Assembly (NCBI GenBank): GCA_964544635.1
Contig: CAZJCK010000004.1
Coordinates: 1,790 to 65,789, forward strand
Direction of reading: 5' to 3'
DNA: 64,000 nt
Source: an uncultured Ignavibacteriales bacterium
GTDB taxonomy: Bacteria; Zixibacteria; MSB-5A5; GN15; FEB-12
Part shown: positions 38,176 through 47,797 of the stretch, one piece after another
Numbering within the stretch: the first letter of the stretch is position 1
How the letters are laid out: every line of letters starts with the position of its first letter
The notes under the pieces: generated by a model
Told to the model about the DNA's origin: nothing
The model's input: the letters and a program-made list of their open reading frames with translations, nothing else
The model's database searches: none
Program-made: the position numbers and the translations under genes

Positions 38176-39378
38176 TTATGTCGGCATTTGCTGCGGCGGC
38201 TGTACAATTCTGCCCGATACCGGCACACTGCGGGCACGGCGCCCGGTGAACAAGGTCGGCAGAGCGTCGCTTCGCAGCGCCGCTTCTCCCATGACAGCGA
38301 AAGCGGCCGCTTCGACCAGGCCCCCCGGAATCCCGAGTCCGTCGATACGCCCGATCTCGCATCCCGGCAAACGGTCCTGCAGTCGCTGTACGAGAAGTTT
38401 GTTTCGCCTGCCCCCCCCAGTCAAATACAATTTTACCGGCCGCGGACCGGAGATGTGCCGCCGGACGGCGCGGCTAATCGCGACCGCCGTCAGCTCGGTG
38501 ACAGTAGCCAGCACATCGTTCGTGCTCAACTCGTACCGGCGGCTATAATCCAGCACCTGTTGCACCACCGCCGGGCCGAAATGTTCCCGCCCGGTCGAGC
38601 CGGAACGACCGGAGAAAAACGGGTTCTTCAGAAGACTTTCGAGGAGGTCGTCGCACACCGTTCCGGCGGCGGCAAACCGCCCGTTGCGATCCATCGGCTC
38701 ACCGAACAACTGGCGCGTCAGCATATCGATCAGCACATTACCCGGCCCGCAGTCGGCGGCGCGGATGGAGCTTTGCTTCGACGAACGCGCCGGGAAAAAG
38801 AAGAAATTGGACATGCCACCGATGTTGACAATCAGCCGCGGTTCCGATCGACTGGCGAACAGCCGCTCCATGGCTGCCACCGTAATCGGCGCGCCCTCAC
38901 CACCGAGGGCGATGTCGGCCTGGCGCAGGTCGGATATCACGGTCCGCCCGGTCAGGCCCGCCACCAGTTCGGGAAGACCGAGCTGCAGGCTGGCGCTGAA
39001 CTGGCTGCGCCCCAGACGGTGCAGGCGCGGGTAGTGCGCCACCGTCTGGCCGTGCCAGGCGATACAATCGACCAGCACACGGCGCCTCTCAAGACGCCGG
39101 ATAAACGAGCGGCACATCCGTCCCCCCACGTTGCCTAACTCATTGTGCAGGCAAAGAAGCGACTGCAAATCGACCGACGCGGCATCGGCGACAGCCAGGA
39201 TGGCGTTCTTCAGTTCGCTGGAGAAGGCTTGCTCCTCGCCGCCGATGAAAGCCCCTTCAATGGCGCGCCCCTGCCGCCGGATACGCACCGCCGCCAGATC
39301 CAAACCGTCGGCCGAGGTTCCGGTATTGAGACCGACGATGACGAGTGAATTGCGGCGCAGCAGATGGGTCAGGTGCAT
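38176..39378 (-). CDS. anmK: anhydro-N-acetylmuramic acid kinase
   Basis: 400-aa ORF with ...GLNTGTSADGLDLA... and ...NIGGMSN... motifs, and length and layout as in AnmK. Confidence 0.88.
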   Translation of the reverse strand: MHLTHLLRRNSLVIVGLNTGTSADGLDLAAVRIRRQGRAIEGAFIGGEEQAFSSELKNAILAVADAASVDLQSLLCLHNELGNVGGRMCRSFIRRLERRRVLVDCIAWHGQTVAHYPRLHRLGRSQFSASLQLGLPELVAGLTGRTVISDLRQADIALGGEGAPITVAAMERLFASRSEPRLIVNIGGMSNFFFFPARSSKQSSIRAADCGPGNVLIDMLTRQLFGEPMDRNGRFAAAGTVCDDLLESLLKNPFFSGRSGSTGREHFGPAVVQQVLDYSRRYELSTNDVLATVTELTAVAISRAVRRHISGPRPVKLYLTGGGRRNKLLVQRLQDRLPGCEIGRIDGLGIPGGLVEAAAFAVMGEAALRSDALPTLFTGRRARSVPVSGRIVQPPQQMPT

Positions 39379-39389
39379 GTCGTAAACAT

Positions 39390-40403
39390 TTAGGGAATAA
39401 CCGAATTGCGCAAACGGAATTTCAGACCGGCAACGCGACTCAGCGACGCCTGAATCCGGGCCGGTTCAATATCGCCCCGGTTGACAGCATCGCAAAACAG
39501 GTCATAGGCGTGCATGGCAGCCTCGGCATCCTGCGAAAACAGCAGCATATCATGGCCGGCCTGGAAGGCTTTAATAGCGCGCTGCCCGACATTACCCAGG
39601 GCCGCAGCACCCTCCATCAGCAGGTCATCGGTAATGACCGCACCGTCGTAGCCCAGGTCGTTGCGGAGCAGCTCCTGGACCACCCTGGGCGAGGCGGTGG
39701 CCATCTGGTCGTCGTCGAAGGTCCGCAGCATGACATGGCTGGTCATGACCAGGTCGGCGCCCTCCTCGATACCGGCAGCAAACGGCAGGCGGTCGCGATC
39801 GCGCCACTCCTGGACATTGAACTCGAGTTCGGCGGTCTTTTCGTGGGGATCGAACGACGCTGCGCCCAGGCCGGGGAAATGCTTGAGACAACTGAGCAGT
39901 CCGGCGCGGCGCGCGATGGTGACGGAGGCGCGAACGAACGGTGCCACGGCATCAGGGGTCTGGCCGAAGCAGCGATCGCTCAGGACGGTATTGCGGGCAT
40001 TGGTCAGGACGTCGGCGACCGGAGCAAAATTGAGCGAAATGCCAAGCGACTCCATGTACATGGCGGAACGACGGTAATCTTCGCGGAAGTGCTCGACATC
40101 GCGGCTGCGGCCATAGCTCCAGGGTGAATGAAATTCGGCAGGCGCTCCCTTGATCCGGCAGACCCGTCCACCCTCCTGGTCGATGGCAATAATCGGCGGC
40201 TGGTCGCCGGTGGCCTGGCGAATCAGTTCGATGTTGTGCCGGGTCTGGTCGTGATCGGGACAGTTGTCGGCGAAGAAAATGACGCCGCCGATTCGTTCCT
40301 CAGCCAGGAAGTTAAGGAATGGTCGGGACGGTTCCCGGCCTTTGAATCCAACTATGAACAGTTGACCGATATTCTTGATGCTCGTCTTCATCTCAGTATC
40401 CAT
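39390..40403 (-). CDS. nagZ: beta-N-acetylhexosaminidase (GH3, NagZ-type)
   Basis: 337-aa ORF with ...IDQEGGRVCRI... and ...KHFPGLGAASFDPH... motifs. Confidence 0.85.
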   Translation of the reverse strand: MDTEMKTSIKNIGQLFIVGFKGREPSRPFLNFLAEERIGGVIFFADNCPDHDQTRHNIELIRQATGDQPPIIAIDQEGGRVCRIKGAPAEFHSPWSYGRSRDVEHFREDYRRSAMYMESLGISLNFAPVADVLTNARNTVLSDRCFGQTPDAVAPFVRASVTIARRAGLLSCLKHFPGLGAASFDPHEKTAELEFNVQEWRDRDRLPFAAGIEEGADLVMTSHVMLRTFDDDQMATASPRVVQELLRNDLGYDGAVITDDLLMEGAAALGNVGQRAIKAFQAGHDMLLFSQDAEAAMHAYDLFCDAVNRGDIEPARIQASLSRVAGLKFRLRNSVIP

Positions 40404-40445
40404 GGTAAGCAGTAAGTGTGTTCCCGTACAGTTTTCATTTTTGTG

Positions 40446-42005
40446 CTATCGTGTGCATACAAGGTTGCGTCCCTCCCCCTTGGCTTGGTACAATGCTTCA
40501 TCGGTTACCGACACCAGTTCTTCGTGCGAATGACCGTTCTCGGGGAATGAGCTGACCCCCACCGAAACGGTAATGCGGATCTTGCCGTATTTGCCGGCAT
40601 CGAACACCGCCCGTTCGACATGCTCGCGGATCCGTTCGGCAATGATACGGGCTTCTTTGACCGTCGTTTGCGGCAGAATGACGACAAACTCCTCGCCGCC
40701 GTAGCGGGCGAAGATATCGACATCACGGATGCAACCCTTGATGATCTTGGAAAGTCCGGCCAGGACCATGTTACCGATCTCGTGCCCGTAAGAATCGTTG
40801 AGTTTCTTGAACCAGTCGATGTCGACCATGATCAGTGAGAGCGGCAGTTGGTAGCGGACGGCGCGGCGTTTTTCTTCCTGCAGTTTCTGCACGAAATAGC
40901 GGTAGTTGTAGGTTTCGGTCAGTTCGTCGATAATCGTCATCTCTTCCGTGCGGCGGTGCAACTGTGCGTTTTCCAAAGCCAGGGCGGCTGAACGCGCCAC
41001 CGTGGTGAGCAACTGGAGGTCGCGTTCACGGAAGAAGTCGGTGCTCGTTGCCTCGGCGACCAGGACTCCCTTGACGCGACCGCGCGACAACATCGGCACC
41101 AGCATGGCCGAGTGCGATGTCTCTACCAGCGCACCGTAGTCGTCGCGGGTGGTGATATCCTTGACGCGAATCGGCTCGCCCACGGTGGAAACCCGCTGGA
41201 TCAGCTCGGCGTTCTCCATCTCCAGTGGACGTGCATGCAGGTTCTTGTGTCCATCGAAACTGCTGGCCCGAACGTACAGCTTACCCCGGTCGTCCTTGAG
41301 TATCACGGCAAACTGGGGGTACTGCAGAATGGTGCCGAGCATGCGCATGATCTCCTTGATCAAACCGTCGGAGTCGAGAATGGAGGCCAGCGAGCGGGAG
41401 TTTTCGTAGATCATCTCGAGCTGCGCCTGCGATTTCTCTAATTCGGCCGTGCGCATATTCAGGGTGTCGAACAGCTTCATCAGGCGCTTCTCGCTTCGCC
41501 GCATGTAGTCCGAGGCATAACTGATCGCCAGGAAGTAGACCAGCACAAAGGCGGTCTGCATTGACAGGTTGAACATGCTGTCGAGATCGATCTGGGTGAA
41601 GACGGATATGATATAGGTCGCAACGACCAGCGCTGCCGTCGTCAGCGCGAACGGAAATGTAAGCACATACACCGCAACCGAAATCGTCAGGTAATACAAC
41701 AGAAAGAATGGTGAGGGCATGCCGCCGGCATGCAATACCAAAGTCGGCACCAGAATCAGGTCATAGATGATTGCCGAAAGGTAGGCCAGCTTGAGGTCGA
41801 AACGCCCCATGATGGCAATACCATATACGGCCAGGTGCACCGCGAAGGTACCCAAAACAACGTAAAATACAATACGATCGGCGGGCGGGTAGTCGCCAAA
41901 GAGCGCAAACCAGCCGATTCCCAGCAGCGTCATGACGCGAGCCAGCATGTAGATGACGTCAATACGCGGCAGGAGGGTCTTATTTCGGTCGAGAAATAGT
42001 TGCAT
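40446..42005 (-). CDS. membrane-bound diguanylate cyclase (multi-TM N-terminus, GAF, GGDEF)
   Basis: 519-aa ORF with about six N-terminal TM helices, a central GAF-like region and a C-terminal GGDEF domain with active-site RYGGEEF and an RDVD (RxxD) I-site five residues upstream. Confidence 0.88.
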   Translation of the reverse strand: MQLFLDRNKTLLPRIDVIYMLARVMTLLGIGWFALFGDYPPADRIVFYVVLGTFAVHLAVYGIAIMGRFDLKLAYLSAIIYDLILVPTLVLHAGGMPSPFFLLYYLTISVAVYVLTFPFALTTAALVVATYIISVFTQIDLDSMFNLSMQTAFVLVYFLAISYASDYMRRSEKRLMKLFDTLNMRTAELEKSQAQLEMIYENSRSLASILDSDGLIKEIMRMLGTILQYPQFAVILKDDRGKLYVRASSFDGHKNLHARPLEMENAELIQRVSTVGEPIRVKDITTRDDYGALVETSHSAMLVPMLSRGRVKGVLVAEATSTDFFRERDLQLLTTVARSAALALENAQLHRRTEEMTIIDELTETYNYRYFVQKLQEEKRRAVRYQLPLSLIMVDIDWFKKLNDSYGHEIGNMVLAGLSKIIKGCIRDVDIFARYGGEEFVVILPQTTVKEARIIAERIREHVERAVFDAGKYGKIRITVSVGVSSFPENGHSHEELVSVTDEALYQAKGEGRNLVCTR

Positions 42006-42432
42006 CCGCAGTTACCGTCTTATGTGCACTGTATCGACAGAAACGGCGGTTTGTTGATTGCAGGAGAACGATCTAACCGGTTGCGGCAGTCCCCCTTTCG
42101 GGGATCGACCGGGCCAGGCTGCGGATCTAGACGCTCATATGGCGAGGCCAATCAGAAGAACATCGGTGGCCACGGCAGGCCCCCGACATTCGGCAGGAAG
42201 CCGGCGAGACCCTTGTAACTCACTGAAACGATAGTTGTTAGCACCATAGTGACGGCTAAAAGGAGAATAAACCTGAGGGATCGCCACCCTTGTGCCGCCG
42301 GTCGATGACTCCGATGCGGGCAGCTCCAGTCGGCCGGCCGTTTTTTGCTGGTCATGCTGTTGTCGACAGCATAATATTGCGTAACAGTAACTGCGCCGGC
42401 CTCGTAAACGGTGATAAAAGGACCATTTAGCT

Positions 42433-43716
42433 GTGCTCAACCGATCCCGAACATTCCTCACCGTCGCCCTTGCAGTCGTCTGCTGCCTTATCTCCGGCGC
42501 AGCCGCGACCGAATACGACACCGCCGACCGTCTCCATATCTCCAACCTGCACCATATCAACGACGATTATGTGAGCTGGAGCGAACGGTTGCTGGTTGAC
42601 GGTCTGATCGATGGTGACATGATTTCCGGATCGGGCGATATCACTATCAACGGCACAGTGGGCGGTTCGGCAAACCTGTTCGCGGCACAGATTCACCACT
42701 TCGGCACGATCGATCGCTCCCTGCGCATCTTCGCGCAGTCGGCCGACATCGACGGCACTGTCGGCGGCTCGGTCATGGCTTTCGCCATGGATCTCACGCT
42801 CGGCAGACCATCGGTGGTGACTCGCGATGTCAGTGTCTTTGGCACTACCGTGAAGCTGCGGGGCACCGTGGGGGGGCGCGTGCTGGCCTATGCAGAGAAC
42901 ATATCCATCAGCGGACGAATCACCGGCGATGTCGAGATCAAGGCGGAGCAGCTCGAACTGATCGCACCGGCTGTCATCGAGGGAAATCTCATTTACACCT
43001 CGGAACGGGAGATGTTTATCGACGATACCACCGGTGTGACAATTGTCGGCGGCATCGAGTGGAAACGGCCATCCGATCGGGATGAGTCGGAGGACGACGG
43101 CAACGCCGTGGCCGGCATCGCCATGACGACCGGAAAGCTGCTGGCGGCATTCATCTTCGGTATTATCATGATGGCCCTGTCGCGACGCCATGCCGATGCT
43201 GCGTTCCGGTCGCTGCAGAATCGCCTGACCACCTCCCTGGCCGCCGGCGTCGTCACCCTGCTGGCCTTTGTCTTCGCCGTCATTGTGCTGATCATCGCGC
43301 TGGCCATGCTGATAAGCGGCACCATTATAGCCGCCTCGGAAAACGCCACCGTGGGTGCCTTCATCTTCTCGCTGTCAGTGATTGCGCTGCCGATCAGCAG
43401 CTTCGTCTCGGTGGCGGGGGGGGTGCTGTTTTACTCCGGTAAGATCATTGCCGGGTTCCTGATCGGCTACTGGATCATGTGCCGCCGTTCACCCGACTGC
43501 CGCCCGCTCGGCAAAGGACAGCTTTTTCTCGGTCTGCTCATCCTCTTTCTGGTCTTCGCCATACCGTACGCCGGGTTTGTCGTCTACCTGGCGGTGAGTA
43601 TTCTCGGTATGGGTGCGATTGTGCTGGGGATCAGGTACTGTCAACAAACCGGAACGGCTGCCGGCGACGGGCGCGCTTCGCCGCCCCCGCCGATTCCCCC
43701 CGGCTCGACTCAATAG
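42433..43716 (+). CDS. exported beta-helical repeat (bactofilin/DUF583-like) domain fused to a multi-TM C-terminal region
   Basis: 427-aa ORF (GTG start) with a signal/anchor LTVALAVVCCLISGAAA. It has repeated ...I(D/N)GTVGGS... units (ITINGTVGGSANLF, DIDGTVGGSVMAF, KLRGTVGGRVLAY, ISGRITGDVEI), then about six hydrophobic helices and a Pro-rich tail. Confidence 0.55.
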   Translation: MLNRSRTFLTVALAVVCCLISGAAATEYDTADRLHISNLHHINDDYVSWSERLLVDGLIDGDMISGSGDITINGTVGGSANLFAAQIHHFGTIDRSLRIFAQSADIDGTVGGSVMAFAMDLTLGRPSVVTRDVSVFGTTVKLRGTVGGRVLAYAENISISGRITGDVEIKAEQLELIAPAVIEGNLIYTSEREMFIDDTTGVTIVGGIEWKRPSDRDESEDDGNAVAGIAMTTGKLLAAFIFGIIMMALSRRHADAAFRSLQNRLTTSLAAGVVTLLAFVFAVIVLIIALAMLISGTIIAASENATVGAFIFSLSVIALPISSFVSVAGGVLFYSGKIIAGFLIGYWIMCRRSPDCRPLGKGQLFLGLLILFLVFAIPYAGFVVYLAVSILGMGAIVLGIRYCQQTGTAAGDGRASPPPPIPPGSTQ

Positions 43717-45419
43717 CCGCCGGAGCTGCCGCGCCCGCGCGGATCTGCCTTCGACACCAGCATACCGCCCGAGGTATACTGCACGACATTCATCTCGCCC
43801 ATCGGCGACCGTTCTTTTACCATGTGACCATATTGAATGAGCGCCTGGGTTGTCTGGATGGGAAAGCCGCCCTGTTCCATGTACAGCATGTCCGGCAGCC
43901 ACTGGTGATGCACCCGCGGCGCCTCGACCAGCGCGCTCAGGCTCATCGTGAAGCGCGAATAGTTCAGTATTCCCTGTGCCACAGTACTGATGATTTTCGA
44001 ACCGCCCGGTGAACCGAGCGCCATCACCGGTTCATCCCCTTTAAGGACCAGCGTCGGTGACATACTCGAGAGCATCCGCTTGCCCGGTTCGATGCGGTTG
44101 GCTTCGCCGGTGATCAATCCGAACTGATCGGGCACCCCCGGGCTGACCGAAAAGTCGTTCATCTCGTTGTTCAACAGGAAGCCGCCGCCGGCTACCATCA
44201 GTTGGGCGCCATACGACGAGTTGAGGGTGTAAGTCAGCGCCACCATGTTACCCTGATTGTCGCATACCGACAGGTGGGTGGTACTCTCGCTTTCCGGCAA
44301 CGGCGGCGTACCGGGACCTATCTCCTCGGAGTTGTGCGCTTCGCCTGGTTCTATCATGCTGCGGCGCATCGCCACATATTCGGAATCCAGCAGACCGGTG
44401 GGGATGGATACAAAGGCGGGATCGCCGAGGTAACGCGAGCGATCAGCAAACGCCAGTCGCGAGGCCTCGGCGAACAGGTGGAGGTACTCGGGCGACACCT
44501 GTGACATCAACGACATATCATACGGTTCGAGAATCGACAGTATCTGGCCGATGACTATGCCACCCGACGATGGCGGCGGCATGGAATAGATCGTCAGGGA
44601 GTCGAAATCAAACCGGATCGGTTCACGCCAGACCGGCTTATATCCGGCCAGGTCCTCAAGCGTGATGAGGCCGCCGCGACGCTGCATCGAGGAATCGATA
44701 AGATTGGCTACGAAGCCGGTATAAAACTCGTCAGCGCCCTCGGTTGCGATCAGGTAGAGGGTGCGGGCCAACTCCGGCTGCACCAGGCGTTCGCCCGGTG
44801 CCGGGGGACGGCCATTGGGGAAAAACGTCGCCGCGGTTACCGAGTCATGCTGCAACAGCGGGTAATATTCGGCGAGTGACTCGGCCAGGCCATCATCGAT
44901 GACAAAACCGGTATCGGCCAGGGCGCGGGCCGGCTGAACGAGAGCCTCCCACTCCATGCTGCCGAACCGCTTGTGCAACTGCCATAACCCGGCCACCGTG
45001 CCGGGAACACCGACTGCCTTTGCGCCAACCAGCGAGGCCTCTTCGTCAATCGTACCGTCGGCCGTGAGGTACATCGAATCGGTTGCGGCCTCCGGCGCAG
45101 TTTCGCGGAAATCGAGACTGGTCACCGTGCCGCCGGAACCGTCACGCAGCAGGGCGAAGCCACCGCCGCCGATGTTGCCGGCCTGGGGATGGACCACCGC
45201 CAGTGCGAAGGCGGTAGCAACAGCGGCGTCAAACGCATTGCCGCCGTCCGCAAAGATCTGTTCGCCGACCTTGGTGGCAATCGGTGCCGCGCTGGCCAGC
45301 GCCCCGCCCTGGTATTGCTGCGTAACCTGGAGCTGCTCGCAACCGGCAATCGCCAGTAGCAGGACGACCGTCGCCGCAAACAGCATGCAGGCGCGACGCA
45401 ACACAGTACGATCTGTCAT
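43710..45419 (-). CDS. ggt: gamma-glutamyltranspeptidase
   Basis: Inside ORF 43710..45446 (TTG). I prefer ATG 45419 (MTDRTVLRRACMLFAATVVLLLAIAGC) because AGGAG lies 8 nt upstream. The autoprocessing and nucleophile context is ...ESTTHLSVCDNQGNMVALTYTLN.... The 3' end overlaps the convergent gene by 7 nt. Confidence 0.9.
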   Translation of the reverse strand: MTDRTVLRRACMLFAATVVLLLAIAGCEQLQVTQQYQGGALASAAPIATKVGEQIFADGGNAFDAAVATAFALAVVHPQAGNIGGGGFALLRDGSGGTVTSLDFRETAPEAATDSMYLTADGTIDEEASLVGAKAVGVPGTVAGLWQLHKRFGSMEWEALVQPARALADTGFVIDDGLAESLAEYYPLLQHDSVTAATFFPNGRPPAPGERLVQPELARTLYLIATEGADEFYTGFVANLIDSSMQRRGGLITLEDLAGYKPVWREPIRFDFDSLTIYSMPPPSSGGIVIGQILSILEPYDMSLMSQVSPEYLHLFAEASRLAFADRSRYLGDPAFVSIPTGLLDSEYVAMRRSMIEPGEAHNSEEIGPGTPPLPESESTTHLSVCDNQGNMVALTYTLNSSYGAQLMVAGGGFLLNNEMNDFSVSPGVPDQFGLITGEANRIEPGKRMLSSMSPTLVLKGDEPVMALGSPGGSKIISTVAQGILNYSRFTMSLSALVEAPRVHHQWLPDMLYMEQGGFPIQTTQALIQYGHMVKERSPMGEMNVVQYTSGGMLVSKADPRGRGSSGGY

Positions 45420-45442
45420 ACCGTCAACTCCTGTGCTGTCAC

Positions 45443-47623
45443 TCAACGCTTCTCAACCAGAAAGATGGCGCCGTCGGGAATGTTAATCGTCATCTGGATA
45501 CCGTCGGCCAGTTCCTTCGCGGTCACCTTGATCGGCTCGGTCTCCTCCCCTTCGAACAGGCGCGTGAGTTTGACACGGGCCGAACGGAAACCGAACTTCT
45601 TGAGGTCGACGCGGATGATGACATCCTTGCGGGTGGCCTCATAGCTGTCCGACAACTCACCGGCCGGCGGCGCCACGATGAACATGAGGCCGCGCTTTTC
45701 ACCCATCTGGACACCGATATCGACCGACGGATCGCTGCAGTGCATCGCCGACACCAGCCCCTCGCTCTCGAGGGTCGACTCGGTAAACATCAGCTTGTGG
45801 TGATGGCCGCCGGAGGCGATGTCGTAGGTGAACAAGTAGAGCTTGCCTTTGTAACGCGACGACACGGCGCCCAGGGTCTTCTTGCCCGACTTGACCAGCG
45901 AGCGGGTCTTGGAATCGTCGTTACCGCGAATGTAGCCGTAGGTATACGACGGAAAGTCGCCGAACTTGTGTTCGATAGTCGAGATGCCGTAGTCACAGGT
46001 CGTCTTCATGCGGAAATGGTTGGCGAGGATCTGGCAGTCCTTGAAGTTTTCGTCATACTTCGGCATCAGGCCGCAGAGGATGACCACCGCGCCCTCCTTG
46101 ACGAGGTTGACGATCTCTTCCTGGTCACGTTCGGACATGACCTCGGTGCTGGGGATGAACAACAGCTTGTATTTGTTCATCGTACTCCACTCGCGGTTCT
46201 CGCGCACCCCCCAGTTCATTTTGAGGCGCATGAGATCGCGGCAGAAACCGACGGTGGAGTCGTCAAGCAGACGCTTGATATATGGGAAGTCCTTTTCGCT
46301 GTCGGTTTCGCGCATCCAGTAGTAGAGCCGGTTGCCGACGACGGCGATTTCGGTAGGGGCGTCCATATCCTCGAGTCCGATTTCAGACATGGCGAGATTG
46401 AAGTTCTTGGCGATTTCGTAGCCTTCGCTGACAGTACCGTCGTTGCGCAACGGCGCGCCGTACCAGTGATCACGGTCGACAAACATGTACTGGTTCAGCC
46501 CCTTGAAACCGGCCGACAGGCCGGCGGCGAGATAAAAGCGACGCTGGTTATTGTCGACCGGCGCGACGTGCTGCTCCCGTTCCGGGTCAGTTGCGGCTGA
46601 TCCGGAGGTGAACGACGAGGCGTACGCAAAGCCGTACTCCTCCCTGAGGAAGCGGGCCTTGACCGAGAGGTCGAAGTAGGAGCCTTCCGGAAAGACATTC
46701 GCCCCGAGGAAGGGAGAGCGGTCTTCAGGCACCAGGTTGAAGGCCGGAAGCAAGTCGCCACCGCGAAAATAGAGGGATCGGAATATGAGCGGCTCGACCG
46801 TATAGGCCTGAAACAGATCCTCGAGCTGTTCGAGATAAGTGCGCAGCATGTACTGGCGGAAGTGCTGCCAGTCGAGCACCTTCGGGTAGTCGCTGATCGC
46901 GAGCTTGTCGAACTTGCGCGGCGGTTCGACCTCCTCGAAGCTCTTGTTCTTTTCCTTGTAGGCCTGGTTGAGCTTCTTGATATCCTCGTACTGACGTTCG
47001 AGAAATTCCGGGTAGAAACTCCTGAGCACATCCTGGTTGTAGTCGGCGCTGTCCGGCTCGATAAGACGGCCGTACGACGTTTCATAATCCAGCTCGACCA
47101 TGAAAACCGGGCCGCGCGGGTGGATGTAGTTTTTCGTGACTTCGATGACCGACTTGAAGTAGTTGCGCAGGTGATACTGATAGTTGGTGTGCAGGTAGCT
47201 GGGCAGATAGCCGGCGTCAACCCCACAATCGTCGGGCAGCTTCACCTCTTCACCGTCGGCTCCCCGCGCAAACACTTTCAGATCGGAGAACAGGTATTTA
47301 GGCAGACCGGCATATCGCAACTGACCATGGACCTGCGGGCCGGGACGAAGAATGACCTTGAAGCCAAACTCGCGCGCCAGCTCGAGGAATACAACCAGAT
47401 CCTTTTTAGGATCGGAAAGTCCGTTAAAGTCGTAGTGCTTACGCTCATCCTGATGCACGTTCCAGGGTACGGCGGTGGAGATGATCCGAAATCCGGCTCG
47501 TTTGATTCGCTCGAAACAGATCGACCAATATCGCTTTTCCACCCGGAAGTAATGCAATTCGGCAGAAAACGGATGATAGGTTTCCTTACCGATGGAGAAC
47601 TTGTTACCGATAACGCCTAACAT
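45443..47623 (-). CDS. GH35-family-like glycoside hydrolase (beta-galactosidase-like), no signal peptide
   Basis: 726-aa ORF. The N-terminus ...SAELHYFRVEKRYWSICFERIKRAGFRIISTAVPWNVHQDERKHYDFNG...VILRPGPQVHGQ... follows the GH35 pattern. The acid/base region is divergent (see findings). Confidence 0.65.
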   Translation of the reverse strand: MLGVIGNKFSIGKETYHPFSAELHYFRVEKRYWSICFERIKRAGFRIISTAVPWNVHQDERKHYDFNGLSDPKKDLVVFLELAREFGFKVILRPGPQVHGQLRYAGLPKYLFSDLKVFARGADGEEVKLPDDCGVDAGYLPSYLHTNYQYHLRNYFKSVIEVTKNYIHPRGPVFMVELDYETSYGRLIEPDSADYNQDVLRSFYPEFLERQYEDIKKLNQAYKEKNKSFEEVEPPRKFDKLAISDYPKVLDWQHFRQYMLRTYLEQLEDLFQAYTVEPLIFRSLYFRGGDLLPAFNLVPEDRSPFLGANVFPEGSYFDLSVKARFLREEYGFAYASSFTSGSAATDPEREQHVAPVDNNQRRFYLAAGLSAGFKGLNQYMFVDRDHWYGAPLRNDGTVSEGYEIAKNFNLAMSEIGLEDMDAPTEIAVVGNRLYYWMRETDSEKDFPYIKRLLDDSTVGFCRDLMRLKMNWGVRENREWSTMNKYKLLFIPSTEVMSERDQEEIVNLVKEGAVVILCGLMPKYDENFKDCQILANHFRMKTTCDYGISTIEHKFGDFPSYTYGYIRGNDDSKTRSLVKSGKKTLGAVSSRYKGKLYLFTYDIASGGHHHKLMFTESTLESEGLVSAMHCSDPSVDIGVQMGEKRGLMFIVAPPAGELSDSYEATRKDVIIRVDLKKFGFRSARVKLTRLFEGEETEPIKVTAKELADGIQMTINIPDGAIFLVEKR

Positions 47624-47680
47624 ATAAACCCTTATATTTTAACGACTTAGCTGTTTCTATCAGGGGCCAGACAACCATCC

Positions 47681-47709
47681 ATAATACCCATATGGCGAGA
47701 TAAAGTCAA
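47681..47709 (-). promoter_or_regulatory. near-consensus sigma-70-type promoter of the GH35-like/ggt genes
   Basis: The minus strand reads TTGACT (47709-47704), exactly 17 nt, then TATTAT (47686-47681). It is about 50 nt upstream of ATG 47623. Confidence 0.5.
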
Positions 47710-47797
47710 CCCAATTTAGCTAACCGCATGATGCTCTTGTGCTTACAGCGGCGACCTAACAGGGCTGCTCAAGTCTACATTTCTTTTTCGCGGGGAC

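Noticed and set aside
42135-42560. Minus-strand ORFs in the 42-kb gap (141 aa; nested 67-aa ORF 42152..42355 with one hydrophobic stretch).
   Set aside because: They have no Shine-Dalgarno sequence and atypical codon usage. The longer one runs into the well-supported plus-strand gene at 42433. They are kept only as a caveat to the non-coding RNA idea.
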